From: a virus
Reading direction: 5' to 3' (one strand)
Length of the DNA: 64,000 nucleotides
IMG/VR virus record: IMGVR_UViG_3300042337_000526
Span: 1-64,000 of that record
The position numbers and the translations under genes were made by a program. The notes below the pieces were generated by a model. It saw nothing but the letters and a program-made list of their open reading frames with translations. It was not told where the DNA came from and ran no database searches. Positions 1-9,235 of the stretch are shown here, piece by piece (the stretch's first letter is position 1; every line of letters begins with the position of its first letter).

Positions 1-130
1 ACGGCGAAAGTGGCAGAATAAAAGCTAATAGATCTTGTTTACTATTAAATGTTAACAATTTTTACTTATTGCTTATGGCCGTGATGAAAAATGGTTAAAG
101 GCCAGTATAGGAAATGGCCGATAAACCCTA

Positions 131-159
131 TTGACAAGCCATTGTTTCTGTGGTAAGAT
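131..159 (+). promoter_or_regulatory. sigma70-type early promoter
   Basis: TTGACA-17nt-TAAGAT with extended -10 TG. Confidence 0.7.
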
Positions 160-400
160 GGCTCATTGTGGTAGTGGTATTTTTCTTAATAGGTATAGTG
201 AAAAATGTATAGGAATGTATTGTTGACCGATAAAGAAATCGCCCTCCTTAAAAGAGTAGTTGGTGACTATCTTCACGAAAAAATCACTCCAGAAGCACGA
301 AATTTGACCATTATTCATTCTCGTCTTAGGAGTGTTAAGCCTCTTGTTTCTAATAATCAATTCTTTAATTATGGTAAATAGGGATGTAATGGGCGGGAAA

Positions 401-1021
401 TCAAAATAATATATCATCCTGCGGGCCTTCATCCCACGAATCTGATTTTTTCAGATTTTCTATAGCCCATAATGGTTGCAAATTAGAGAAATGGAAACAT
501 TCTTTAACTTGAGCAGGATCAGATAAATCAAATGAAGATACAGGGCGAATATGGTCAATATGCCAACCATTTAATGACCAATTTTGCCAACACATTCCAT
601 CCTTAAATTGAGACTCTAAATATTCTATTAACTGTATTTTGGAACATCCGACTAACTCCATAGTTGAATCATTTTTCTTTAATCCTTGTTTTTTAAGAGA
701 AATATATAACCTAGTTCTTAATGCGTTGCATAATTTATACTGCAAATTATTTTGATTATATTTTTTATTTCTTTCTCTTTTTTTCTTTAAATAATTATCT
801 CTATTTTTACCATTTCTATATTTTTTACTATATTCTTTACGTTTATCTTTATTATTGTAATAAAATCTTTTTTGACGCCCTATATTTTGTTGTTTTCTTT
901 TTGGGTTATTTTCTCTTGCTCTTAAATATAGTTTTCTGTGTTCTTTATTACAAATATCACAACGTTTTTTTGGCCCTTTAGCATCAACTAATTCTTTGTC
1001 ACAATCTAAACATTTTCTCAT
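401..1021 (-). CDS. HNH endonuclease (free-standing homing-type)
   Basis: C-terminal WHIDHIRPVSSF...HFSNLQPLWAIENLKK HNH motif; N-terminal CxxC pairs and Lys/Arg-rich helix; GAGG SD. Confidence 0.8.
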   Translation of the reverse strand: MRKCLDCDKELVDAKGPKKRCDICNKEHRKLYLRARENNPKRKQQNIGRQKRFYYNNKDKRKEYSKKYRNGKNRDNYLKKKRERNKKYNQNNLQYKLCNALRTRLYISLKKQGLKKNDSTMELVGCSKIQLIEYLESQFKDGMCWQNWSLNGWHIDHIRPVSSFDLSDPAQVKECFHFSNLQPLWAIENLKKSDSWDEGPQDDILF

Positions 1022-1032
1022 GTTAGTGCCTC

Positions 1033-1061
1033 TTGACTACCGATAAGTTCTATGGTAGAAT
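1033..1061 (+). promoter_or_regulatory. sigma70-type early promoter with CCGAT spacer motif
   Basis: TTGACT-ACCGATAAGTTCTATGG-TAGAAT. Confidence 0.8.
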
Positions 1062-1098
1062 ACACCAAAACCCACAAAATCTGTATGAAACCCACAAA

Positions 1099-1275
1099 AT
1101 GATCGAACCTACCATTTATACTCTTGATGAGGGGAAAACTTATCAAATAGATTTTGAACGAACAAAAGATCATGTAAAGTTCCAAACTATTAAAAGGATC
1201 AAGTTCTTGACTATGGATGATCTATTGAAACTAAGAGAGAATATTGATAAGATTACTATTAAGTTTAAAAAGTAA
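1099..1275 (+). CDS. hypothetical protein
   Basis: ORF track 1033..1275; start moved to ATG 1099 because TTG 1033 is the promoter -35. Confidence 0.6.
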   Translation: MIEPTIYTLDEGKTYQIDFERTKDHVKFQTIKRIKFLTMDDLLKLRENIDKITIKFKK

Positions 1276-1291
1276 AATTTGGAGAAAAATA

Positions 1292-1435
1292 ATGACTAAC
1301 GAACTCAAGGATAGAATCAAAAACTTTATTGTTAGTTGGGATAATACTATTGATGATGAGACTATGGGATTGGCCGATTATGATTTATTTTTAGAAACGG
1401 CTATTAGTCTGTTAGAAGAAACTATTGGAGAATAA
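1292..1435 (+). CDS. hypothetical protein
   Basis: ATG 1292 after GGAGA SD, in frame with track ORF 1244..1435. Confidence 0.65.
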   Translation: MTNELKDRIKNFIVSWDNTIDDETMGLADYDLFLETAISLLEETIGE

Positions 1436-1438
1436 CTA

Positions 1439-1633
1439 ATGGAACAAGATGAAATAGGTCGCATGGATATTTGTAGACATTTGCTTCCTCCTCCTGGTGA
1501 TGAAGTTGTTGGACAATTAATTGCAGAGATTCGTAGACTAAAAGAACGAGAAGTGTTATGGGAACAATGTGCTGATAAAACAATGCTAGTATATGGCGGT
1601 TGTTATCGACCAACTGATTTGGAGAATAAGTAA
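1439..1633 (+). CDS. hypothetical protein
   Basis: ORF track; GGAGA SD; part of + gene train. Confidence 0.7.
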   Translation: MEQDEIGRMDICRHLLPPPGDEVVGQLIAEIRRLKEREVLWEQCADKTMLVYGGCYRPTDLENK

Positions 1634-1795
1634 TTATGGATTGGACTATAATACATAAAGTAGTAATAGTCTATTTTAGCACTGCTATTTTTATATGTTC
1701 TCTTTTAGTTTGGAGCGATCCTTTGATTAATATGCTATCTGTTGGATTTTTGTTAGGATTTGTATGGAACGAAACTTTTTTTGCAGGGAAAAGAA

Positions 1796-2011
1796 ATGAT
1801 GATTGAACGAGAGCCTATGGCATGGGCCGTTATGCAACCAGATTCTTATTCTGTTTTTGTATCATATCATCAAGCAGTTGCTCATCGAAATAACTGTTCT
1901 GATGGACATATTATTCCATTGTGGGCGAATCCTAAAGACAACCCTGTGATTTTAAGACCCACTAAAGAACAGAAAGAAAATTTTATGAAAGTCTTTGAGG
2001 AAAAGAAATGA
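1796..2011 (+). CDS. hypothetical protein
   Basis: ATG 1796 in frame with track ORF 1760..2011. Confidence 0.6.
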   Translation: MMIEREPMAWAVMQPDSYSVFVSYHQAVAHRNNCSDGHIIPLWANPKDNPVILRPTKEQKENFMKVFEEKK

Positions 2012-2224
2012 AACTAACTAAAGAGGATATTATAGTATACTCACTATTGATTTTGGGATTTTTGTTTTTTGTAGTAATTGTGCCAATAGGTTTGAGTAGT
2101 ATGATTTGTGAATATTTGGAGAATAACTAATGATAACTATACCTCGTTGGGAATATTATCTTCTTTATTTTATTGCATTTATGCAATGTCTAAAATTTAT
2201 AGATAGGATAGTTGAGTATAACAA

Positions 2225-2425
2225 ATGAATCGTCTACAACAAGCCACCAAAACTTGGATAGAATCTGTGCAGAAATATTATGAGAATACTCCTCGTAATG
2301 AATTGACCCAAATTTATATGAGGGGCTATTTTAGTGGGTGGAGCGAGAGAGAGATTCTAGGATTGGCCGAAAAACTACTAAAGAATGAACAAGACTATCC
2401 TTTGTATAGAGAGAATGAAGAATGA
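2225..2425 (+). CDS. hypothetical protein
   Basis: ORF track; stop overlaps next start. Confidence 0.65.
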   Translation: MNRLQQATKTWIESVQKYYENTPRNELTQIYMRGYFSGWSEREILGLAEKLLKNEQDYPLYRENEE

Positions 2426-2631
2426 ACGATAAACTCAGAAAAAATGTTCAAGAGTTCTTGCTTGACTATGAAGAAAGACTTTTTATGTTAGGACTTCTTA
2501 ATGGTGGTAATATAGAACATACTCTTGCTGATGATTTGAAAACAACTAATTCCTTATTGGAAACTGCTGTTAATCTTTTGCAGAAGTGTGTGGTTGATGA
2601 TTATAAGATAGTTCCTCAAGATGGAGAATAA
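2422..2631 (+). CDS. hypothetical protein
   Basis: ORF track; ATGA overlap. Confidence 0.7.
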   Translation: MNDKLRKNVQEFLLDYEERLFMLGLLNGGNIEHTLADDLKTTNSLLETAVNLLQKCVVDDYKIVPQDGE

Positions 2632-2634
2632 CTA

Positions 2635-2823
2635 ATGAGTATTGTTACTAAAGATTGTTATAAGGCCGATGTTTTTAACTTTAATGTTGAGCATAATGGG
2701 AGCCTTATTGATCTTACTATTAATAATGTTATCTCTTGGGAGTGGATGAAAATGAAGTTGACTAAAGAGGAAGCCAAGGGGTTAGCCGATTTTCTTTATG
2801 GTACTATTGGGGAAAATAAATGA
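2635..2823 (+). CDS. hypothetical protein
   Basis: ORF track; GGAGA SD. Confidence 0.7.
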   Translation: MSIVTKDCYKADVFNFNVEHNGSLIDLTINNVISWEWMKMKLTKEEAKGLADFLYGTIGENK

Positions 2824-3020
2824 ATGGAGTAAATATCAAAAAAGAACTAGAGACTCTGGATCGTAATGATTTTGATCGAACAAATATTCTCGTTACCCAA
2901 ATTATGGAAGATATTAAAGAAACTATGGGGAATGATTATGAAATGGGAATGGGTTTAATTGAGGATTATTTGTTTGATCTAATTAATCCTGAGTTTTTAG
3001 ATTTTGGAGAAAAGAAATGA
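2820..3020 (+). CDS. hypothetical protein
   Basis: ORF track; ATGA overlap. Confidence 0.7.
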   Translation: MNGVNIKKELETLDRNDFDRTNILVTQIMEDIKETMGNDYEMGMGLIEDYLFDLINPEFLDFGEKK

Positions 3021-3226
3021 AAGTCTATGCTGTAATTTGTGAATATGGTGCTGCTAGTATTCGTGAGAGTATAGAGATAGTTTGTAAAACTCGTGAGATT
3101 GCAGAGTCATATTATTTAAATGAGGACTTTATTGGGCGTCCAATTCGTATTGATGAAATGATTGTGTGGGATAAAAAGTGGGAACCTCCTAAGCCAAAAA
3201 AGAAAAAGGTTAAAGGCCGCTCTTGA
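3017..3226 (+). CDS. hypothetical protein
   Basis: ORF track; ATGA overlap, GGAGA SD. Confidence 0.7.
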   Translation: MKVYAVICEYGAASIRESIEIVCKTREIAESYYLNEDFIGRPIRIDEMIVWDKKWEPPKPKKKKVKGRS

Positions 3227-3250
3227 CAACTGCCGATACTATGGTATGCT
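3223..3250 (+). promoter_or_regulatory. sigma70-type early promoter with CCGAT spacer motif
   Basis: TTGACA-ACTGCCGATACTATGG-TATGCT. Confidence 0.8.
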
Positions 3251-3281
3251 CAACGCATAACTCCAAGAGAAAGGTCTGAAT

Positions 3282-3512
3282 ATGAATCTTATTACATGTT
3301 TTAGTAATGTTATTGGTCACAAAGAGGCTCAAGAATTAGTGGTCGATTTGAACCAAATGAAATCAAATTTGTCTGAAGATTTTTATATTAAGTATGATGA
3401 ATACCAAGATTATTCTAAGGATGATAATTATATGGTAATTGGAAATGTTACGCAAGAAGATTGGGATGAACTAAATCTGGATATGGACTTTATGGAAACT
3501 GATATTACCTAA
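3282..3512 (+). CDS. hypothetical protein (acidic)
   Basis: ORF track; downstream of promoter. Confidence 0.7.
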   Translation: MNLITCFSNVIGHKEAQELVVDLNQMKSNLSEDFYIKYDEYQDYSKDDNYMVIGNVTQEDWDELNLDMDFMETDIT

Positions 3513-3687
3513 AATGAGAGACATTAATACTGAATTAGATATTGTTAGTGTTTTTATTAGGGACGCCGATAAATATGGTCTTGTACCAGAGGTTGTTCTT
3601 TTTGCTCTAAAATATATGAAACAACATCCTGAGAGCAATATTGAAGATGCTATGAGTTATGGATTCGATGAATGGGTCAAGTAGCAG

Positions 3688-3716
3688 TTGACAACTGCCG
3701 ATAAGTAGTGTATACT
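3688..3716 (+). promoter_or_regulatory. sigma70-type early promoter with CCGAT spacer motif
   Basis: TTGACA-ACTGCCGATAAGTAGTG-TATACT. Confidence 0.85.
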
Positions 3717-3741
3717 GGCAGCACAACGAAGGAAACAAACT

Positions 3742-3951
3742 ATGGCATACTCGTATAAAGGGCTAATGAGAGTTAATATGAATTACTATATTGAAAAGCA
3801 TGATATGCAAATGATTTTGGATGCTCTTGAGTGTTTGAGCGAACATATCAAGCATTATGAAGATAACAGTCCTAATTATCCTTGGACTTTGGATGAAGTT
3901 GATGCTCTTTTTCAGAGTTTTGATAATGGATATAAGGAGGATTGCAAATGA
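3742..3951 (+). CDS. hypothetical protein
   Basis: ORF track; AAGGA SD, follows promoter. Confidence 0.7.
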   Translation: MAYSYKGLMRVNMNYYIEKHDMQMILDALECLSEHIKHYEDNSPNYPWTLDEVDALFQSFDNGYKEDCK

Positions 3952-4219
3952 TCTATCTTTATCTTAATGAAACACAAAAGTTGGCTGAGATTGTGACCGA
4001 ACTTGTTAAATTGAATATGGGCGTTGTTGCTGAACTTCATGGTAATAAGTGGCATATTGAGGTAACACAATGAAAATCCATGTGGTGATTGATTATCCTA
4101 ATATTGATCCTGACAGTGAAGAAGCAGACAATATTATTCAGTGTCTAGAAATGGACTTGGAAGATTTTGGTGAAGAATATGGTCATAATTGGTATATTGA
4201 TGATACTACAGAGGATTAA

Positions 4220-4621
4220 ATGACTGGTTTAAATATTCAAGCCCCGTGGTCAAGTCTTTTAATTAATGGGCTGAAAAGCGTAGAGACACGTTCATATCAC
4301 TTACCATTAAAGTATGAAGGCGTTGAATTATATCTGGTTGAAACTCCGGGCAAACTTGGCAAATTTAAGGCCAGAGTTATTGGTACTGTTACCTTTAGTC
4401 ATAGTTTTAAATATCCAACTAAGACTGATTGGATTAATGACTATAATAGGCATCTGGTATCACAAAATGATCCGTTTTATAGTTGGAATGATAATCCGAA
4501 ATATGGATGGGTAGTTTGCTCTGTCAAGAAATTTGACGAGCCTCTTGACATTAGTGGCAAACGCGGTATAATCTTTACTAACAACCTAACCCTTTTGGAG
4601 AATGTTTATGTCACCAGTTGA
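4220..4621 (+). CDS. ASCH domain protein
   Basis: GLNIQAPWSSLLINGLKSVETRS N-terminus (GxKxxExR) and IIGTV/YGW motifs typical of ASCH. Confidence 0.8.
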   Translation: MTGLNIQAPWSSLLINGLKSVETRSYHLPLKYEGVELYLVETPGKLGKFKARVIGTVTFSHSFKYPTKTDWINDYNRHLVSQNDPFYSWNDNPKYGWVVCSVKKFDEPLDISGKRGIIFTNNLTLLENVYVTS

Positions 4622-4841
4622 TTATAAGTCCGCTGCTGCTGAATGTGCTAGATATATTTATGATAGTGATTCTGAACAAATTAGTTATCAGGAATATATC
4701 GAGGATGGCAATGATCCACGCGATCATATTTTGTATCATGCTGCTGTGGTTTTGGGTGAATACAAAGAAGAATTTGATAATGACATTAGACTTTATTTGA
4801 ACGAAATTTCTACTGGAGAAGATAATCATGGGAATGGGTAA
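4602..4841 (+). CDS. hypothetical protein
   Basis: ORF track; GGAG SD (start may be 4608). Confidence 0.65.
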   Translation: MFMSPVDYKSAAAECARYIYDSDSEQISYQEYIEDGNDPRDHILYHAAVVLGEYKEEFDNDIRLYLNEISTGEDNHGNG

Positions 4842-5310
4842 TTTTGCTGTTGGAAGTTTTGTTATCGAATATGATGATCTGAAAAAGATTTGTCCAGATG
4901 AAATCAAGGCTCTTGAAAAGGCTAAATATTTCAAGGAAGTTGGTTGGCAAACTGTTGGTCAATGGTTGGCATGGGATGATCCTGACCAGATTAAAGACGC
5001 TTTTTATGATGCTATTCTTGAGGATAAGTCTAAGCCTGTTATTAGACTTGAGTTGAGTGAGGATCAAATTGTAGAGGATATTTTCCAAGAGTATGAAAAA
5101 CTTGTTATTGCTCTGAAAAATACCTTTAATAAAAAGACAGGACTCACTCTGTATTTTGATAGTTATGATGAAGATGGTGGTGGCAGATATGATAATCCTG
5201 GTGATAAGGACGGTTGTATTTTCTGTGTAGATGGAATGGTACAACTAACTCCTGCTGGTGAGAAGTTTAAGGATATTATCGGAGAAAGAAAGTGGACACA
5301 ATTCGGATAA
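4828..5310 (+). CDS. hypothetical protein (acidic)
   Basis: ORF track 160 aa; GGAGA SD. Confidence 0.75.
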   Translation: MGMGNFAVGSFVIEYDDLKKICPDEIKALEKAKYFKEVGWQTVGQWLAWDDPDQIKDAFYDAILEDKSKPVIRLELSEDQIVEDIFQEYEKLVIALKNTFNKKTGLTLYFDSYDEDGGGRYDNPGDKDGCIFCVDGMVQLTPAGEKFKDIIGERKWTQFG

Positions 5311-5317
5311 AAACCTA

Positions 5318-5345
5318 TTGACTAGACCGTTTGGCGTGATATAAT
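5318..5345 (+). promoter_or_regulatory. sigma70-type promoter
   Basis: TTGACT-16nt-TATAAT. Confidence 0.75.
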
Positions 5346-5392
5346 GATTACTGTTACTATTGTTTAGAGTTTGAAACCTTATGGAGACTAAG

Positions 5393-5581
5393 ATGAAAGT
5401 TAGTGATACTTTGTCAGTTGTTGAAAAAAATGGTAAATTTGTTGTTACTCTTGATAATAAACCCATTAATCTTCCCAAGACTGATGGGGCTACTATCGTT
5501 ACTGAATTTGATAGTCGAGAGGATGCTGAAAAGTATATTAGTATTCTTTCCAGACTTAAAAAGCAAAAACAGTATCAGTGA
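5393..5581 (+). CDS. hypothetical protein
   Basis: ATG 5393 after GGAGA SD, in frame with track ORF. Confidence 0.7.
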   Translation: MKVSDTLSVVEKNGKFVVTLDNKPINLPKTDGATIVTEFDSREDAEKYISILSRLKKQKQYQ

Positions 5582-5609
5582 TTCTGGATTTTTAAAGATT
5601 CCCGCCCCA

Positions 5610-5637
5610 TTGACACGATACTAGGTTGTGGTATGAT
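5610..5637 (+). promoter_or_regulatory. sigma70-type promoter
   Basis: TTGACA-CGATACTAGGTTGTGG-TATGAT. Confidence 0.8.
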
Positions 5638-5658
5638 GCCACTACAAGGAGAAAAATT

Positions 5659-5892
5659 ATGAAGTGGAACCTTCAAGAATATACCAATCAGATTGCTGAC
5701 TATATTGATGCTGAGTATGAAAATGGACAGTCATCTCTTGGTAAATTAACCGATGATGAAAAATATACTATTCGTAATATGATTCATCTTCATCACGAAT
5801 GTGAAGATAGTGTGAATAATACTGCTAATTATATTATGAGTTATCTTGTGGAAAGTAGACAGTTTATGAAGGATATTAAGGAGAACGAATAA
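5659..5892 (+). CDS. hypothetical protein
   Basis: ATG 5659 after AAGGAG SD, in frame with track ORF 5626..5892. Confidence 0.7.
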   Translation: MKWNLQEYTNQIADYIDAEYENGQSSLGKLTDDEKYTIRNMIHLHHECEDSVNNTANYIMSYLVESRQFMKDIKENE

Positions 5893-6167
5893 TGACCGTT
5901 CAACAACTGCGTAATAATGGCTATAAGGTTAGGGTTCTACATTGTCGTTTGTATAATGGTTATCATACTTGGCAAAATGGTGGTCATGAATATATTCAAC
6001 GAAATGCTCCTGTTGATCCAGATAGTAAGGGTGGTTCTACTCAGGTAATTATTGACAGTCCAGATGGAAAGCATTTTCGTGGTCTTGCTATGTGTAGTAA
6101 GAAGGACAATTATAATAAGAAGATGGGCGTTAAAATTGCTCTTGGGCGAAGTGGAGTAATTGTATGA
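5892..6167 (+). CDS. conserved phage hypothetical protein
   Basis: GGxT...CSxKDNYNKKxGxxIALGR pattern seen in phage small proteins; TAATG overlap. Confidence 0.7.
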   Translation: MTVQQLRNNGYKVRVLHCRLYNGYHTWQNGGHEYIQRNAPVDPDSKGGSTQVIIDSPDGKHFRGLAMCSKKDNYNKKMGVKIALGRSGVIV

Positions 6168-6373
6168 ACTGGGTTTTTGTTGTTGCTAGAAATAATAGCG
6201 TAGAACAGGTTAAAGTGTTTAAAGATTTTTGGGAAGGGGCAGAATTCACAGATAACTTTATTAAAAGAATTGAGCCGGGAGTTGGAAGTTTGCCAGAGTA
6301 TAATCGTGGAGAGAACTATAGGAATGGTGATCTGTCTGTAGGATTGTATCCAGAACACAAACTTTTATCATAA
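6164..6373 (+). CDS. hypothetical protein
   Basis: ORF track; ATGA overlap. Confidence 0.65.
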   Translation: MNWVFVVARNNSVEQVKVFKDFWEGAEFTDNFIKRIEPGVGSLPEYNRGENYRNGDLSVGLYPEHKLLS

Positions 6374-6384
6374 GACTAATTAAT

Positions 6385-6414
6385 AAAAAAAGACCCGCAT
6401 TTCTGCGGGTCTTT
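6385..6414. terminator. bidirectional intrinsic terminator
   Basis: AAAGACCCGCA-TTTC-TGCGGGTCTTT stem with A/T tracts on both sides, between convergent ORFs. Confidence 0.85.
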
Positions 6415-6443
6415 CTCTGCATTAAAAAATTAATGCGAAACAA

Positions 6444-6761
6444 TTATTCTTTGATAACATCAAGAATTTGTTCAACAGCATTGGAGTCAAAGTTAAGATT
6501 AACAGCAAAGTTATAGGTTTTTCTTAGAGTTGTGGTACTTGGTAATGACGAACCTTCTGATACTGTTATATTGGTTGGTAAACCAGAATTAACAGCAGCA
6601 GCAATAGTATCAATCATACCAAAAACAAAATCATAAACACCAGTATTAGCAGCAGTTGGAATGAAACTACGAATCGCACCAGATGGAATAGTGAGAGTAC
6701 CACTACTACTAACGCTTAAACCTGGGAAAATTTGAGTTAAAGATTCATTAGCAAATGGCAT
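6444..6761 (-). CDS. hypothetical protein (lone minus-strand gene, beta-rich)
   Basis: ATG 6761 with GGAGA SD in frame with track ORF 6444..6794; TTTTGGTGTA motif about 40 nt upstream. Confidence 0.75.
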   Translation of the reverse strand: MPFANESLTQIFPGLSVSSSGTLTIPSGAIRSFIPTAANTGVYDFVFGMIDTIAAAVNSGLPTNITVSEGSSLPSTTTLRKTYNFAVNLNFDSNAVEQILDVIKE

Positions 6762-6829
6762 AAGTAATTCTCCATAAGAAAGAAATGAAACCAATACCCT
6801 TTACACCAAAAGTTCTAAATTAAATACAA

Positions 6830-7105
6830 ATGACCAATATTTTACACTTTTATCTGAATGAACATTTAAGTTCTACTGTTATGATTTCATTATCTATCAA
6901 CGGGAACGAATCGTTTCAATACAATCATTGGAATTGGTTACATGAAATTAGCGAGTTGCGTTTGCTAAAAGATGATTTCTCTATTGGTCATATTATTCAT
7001 ACTGGCTCAATAGAAATTAGAGAAGATGGATCACTACTTCATTCATCTAAATATCATCCTAAAACTTGTGTCATGAACTTTTATTTTGGTGGGGCAACTC
7101 CCTAA
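6830..7105 (+). CDS. hypothetical protein
   Basis: ORF track. Confidence 0.55.
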   Translation: MTNILHFYLNEHLSSTVMISLSINGNESFQYNHWNWLHEISELRLLKDDFSIGHIIHTGSIEIREDGSLLHSSKYHPKTCVMNFYFGGATP

Positions 7106-7299
7106 ACATTGTGACAAAACTACGAACCATAATTTTAGAGTTTGATCTGATTGAGGTTCATTATAATAAAAAGTTAAAAAACAAACCTTATCTTGTGAGA
7201 GTTTTCAATTATAATAATAGTGATCCTCACGAATTAAGGCTAAATGAAGATGATTTGAAGAATTTGTATAATATTCTGAAAGAGTATAAATATCTATGA
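7066..7299 (+). CDS. hypothetical protein
   Basis: ORF track; true start probably about 7110. Confidence 0.55.
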   Translation: MCHELLFWWGNSLNIVTKLRTIILEFDLIEVHYNKKLKNKPYLVRVFNYNNSDPHELRLNEDDLKNLYNILKEYKYL

Positions 7300-7535
7300 A
7301 TCACAAAGTATCTAGTCAAGTAGTTCATTTCTGGAATTGTATTACATGGTATATAGATCATGAATATCCAGACTACTTTAAGTTTTTTGAAGGGTCTTAC
7401 GTTAATAATAGAAAACACTTTGATAAATTGTGGGATATGATGTATGGTTATTATCTTGGAGGTAATAATGCTGAAGATACTGCAAGATATATGGTTGACT
7501 ACTTGAAAGGACAACATAATGGCCGACCGCTTTGA
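7296..7535 (+). CDS. hypothetical protein
   Basis: ORF track; ATGA overlap. Confidence 0.65.
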   Translation: MNHKVSSQVVHFWNCITWYIDHEYPDYFKFFEGSYVNNRKHFDKLWDMMYGYYLGGNNAEDTARYMVDYLKGQHNGRPL

Positions 7536-7746
7536 TTTAGAAAGTAAAATTACAGACACTTATAACTTTGTCAATCATCTGAATGATTTGAGTTATGCTG
7601 TATTAGAGAATAATCTTACTGAGGATGAAATTGCTAATGCTTTGCATGGACTTGCAGTATTGGTAAAGGTTCATTCTGATAAGTTGTTTCAAGTCTTTAG
7701 TGAAGCACTAAAACTGGATGAATATCGTGACAGCACCATTATCTAG
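7519..7746 (+). CDS. hypothetical protein
   Basis: ORF track; AAGGA SD. Confidence 0.7.
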   Translation: MADRFDLESKITDTYNFVNHLNDLSYAVLENNLTEDEIANALHGLAVLVKVHSDKLFQVFSEALKLDEYRDSTII

Positions 7747-7838
7747 AGAATACTTAATTAGTAGGGGTAAATGTTGTTCACATAAATGTGTTAACTGTCC
7801 ATATATTCCCAAATGGATTAAAGGAAGTAGTAAAATAG

Positions 7839-8507
7839 ATGCTAGACGCAATAGTAATAAGTGACACTCATTTAGGAAGCGATGTTTGCGAAAGCAAACA
7901 GTTGTATGCTTTTCTAGAACTAGTATTTTCTAAAACAAATAGACTTATTATTAATGGGGACTTTTTTGACAATCTGGATTTTCGCAGACTAAAGAAGAAT
8001 CATTGGAAGATACTATCTTTACTGCGACGAATGAGTAAATATGTAGAGATTATTTGGATTAGGGGCAACCATGATGGTGATGCTGAAACTATTTCTCATT
8101 TAATTGGTATAGATTTTAAGAACGAATACGTTTTTTCTAGTGGAAATAAAAACTTTTTGTGCTTGCATGGCGACCAGTTCGATGATTTTATCTACAAATA
8201 TCCTAATACTACAAAGATAGCAGATTTTTTCTATAGAACTATTCAAAGATTTGATAAAAGATTTCTGCCACAATTTATCAAGCAGCGATCTAAAATATAT
8301 CTTAGATGTAATGAGCATATGATGCAAAAGTCAAGGGAATATGCTATAGATAAAACTATTGGTTGTGTTTGTTTAGGACATACTCATTATCCAATCATTG
8401 ACAAAGACCATGTTGTGTGGTATGCTAATAGTGGGTGTTGGACAGAAAAGAGTTGCACCTATTTAAGTGTTAAAGACGGCGAAATAAAACTAGAAACTTT
8501 CATATGA
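7839..8507 (+). CDS. metallophosphoesterase, YbbF/LpxH-like (UDP-2,3-diacylglucosamine hydrolase family)
   Basis: SDTHLGS, GDFFD, RGNHD, LHGDQFD, GHTH and ANSGCW motifs. Confidence 0.8.
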   Translation: MLDAIVISDTHLGSDVCESKQLYAFLELVFSKTNRLIINGDFFDNLDFRRLKKNHWKILSLLRRMSKYVEIIWIRGNHDGDAETISHLIGIDFKNEYVFSSGNKNFLCLHGDQFDDFIYKYPNTTKIADFFYRTIQRFDKRFLPQFIKQRSKIYLRCNEHMMQKSREYAIDKTIGCVCLGHTHYPIIDKDHVVWYANSGCWTEKSCTYLSVKDGEIKLETFI

Positions 8508-9124
8508 GTATTACATTGATTGGTGATGTTCATGGAAAGTATGAGCATTACCATAAAATTGTTCGACAAACTGAGCGTCATCCATATACTCTCCAAATTG
8601 GTGACTTTGGGTTTAAATATGATACATTGAAAAATGTAGATTCTACAAGACATCTTATATTGCCAGGTAATCATGACAATTATAATACTTGTTATAATTA
8701 TCCTCATTTTTTGGGAGACTATGGATATACAAGTCTGAACAGAATAGAGTTCTTTTATTATCGTGGTGCTTATAGTATTGACCGACAATATCGTACTATC
8801 GGTATTGATTGGTGGGAAAATGAGCAAGTAAGAATCGAAGATTTTATGAACGCGAGGGAACTATATCGTTTAAAAAAACCAGACCTTGTAATAACTCATG
8901 ATTGTCCACAGGATGTCGCTGCTCAGATGTTACATATGGGTCAAAGAACATATGAGAATATAACCAGTTGGGCTTTGCAGGAGTTATACAATATTCACCA
9001 ACCAAAGTTGTGGTTTTTTGGTCATTGGCATAGGTCTAAGACTATTCAACATGGAAAGACTAAGTTTATGTGTTTAGATGAACTGGAAACTTACCAGTTG
9101 ACCAAAGATGAACTGCTGGTATAA
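8504..9124 (+). CDS. calcineurin-like metallophosphoesterase
   Basis: GDVHG, QIGDFG, PGNHD, ITHDCP, FGHWH motifs. Confidence 0.85.
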   Translation: MSITLIGDVHGKYEHYHKIVRQTERHPYTLQIGDFGFKYDTLKNVDSTRHLILPGNHDNYNTCYNYPHFLGDYGYTSLNRIEFFYYRGAYSIDRQYRTIGIDWWENEQVRIEDFMNARELYRLKKPDLVITHDCPQDVAAQMLHMGQRTYENITSWALQELYNIHQPKLWFFGHWHRSKTIQHGKTKFMCLDELETYQLTKDELLV

Positions 9125-9125
9125 T
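9098..9125 (+). promoter_or_regulatory. sigma70-type promoter
   Basis: TTGACC-16nt-TATAAT with TGG before -10. Confidence 0.7.
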
Positions 9126-9235
9126 AACAATGTTGATGCCGAAAGGTTGGGATCGCGGGTATTCCCACAATCAACTTCCGTAGAGTTTTATGATCCTAAT
9201 TTTCTGTATCGACTGAAAAAGAGATTTATCATACA

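Noticed and set aside
163-432. Minus ORF 163..432 and plus ORF 721..981
   Set aside because: The first overlaps a promoter-led small + ORF at about 223-381; the second is a Phe/Tyr-rich shadow of the Lys-rich HNH helix
9132-9175. Hammerhead ribozyme (TGATG...GAAA)
   Set aside because: GAAA is a hairpin loop here rather than the post-stem-II core, and CUGAnGA is incomplete
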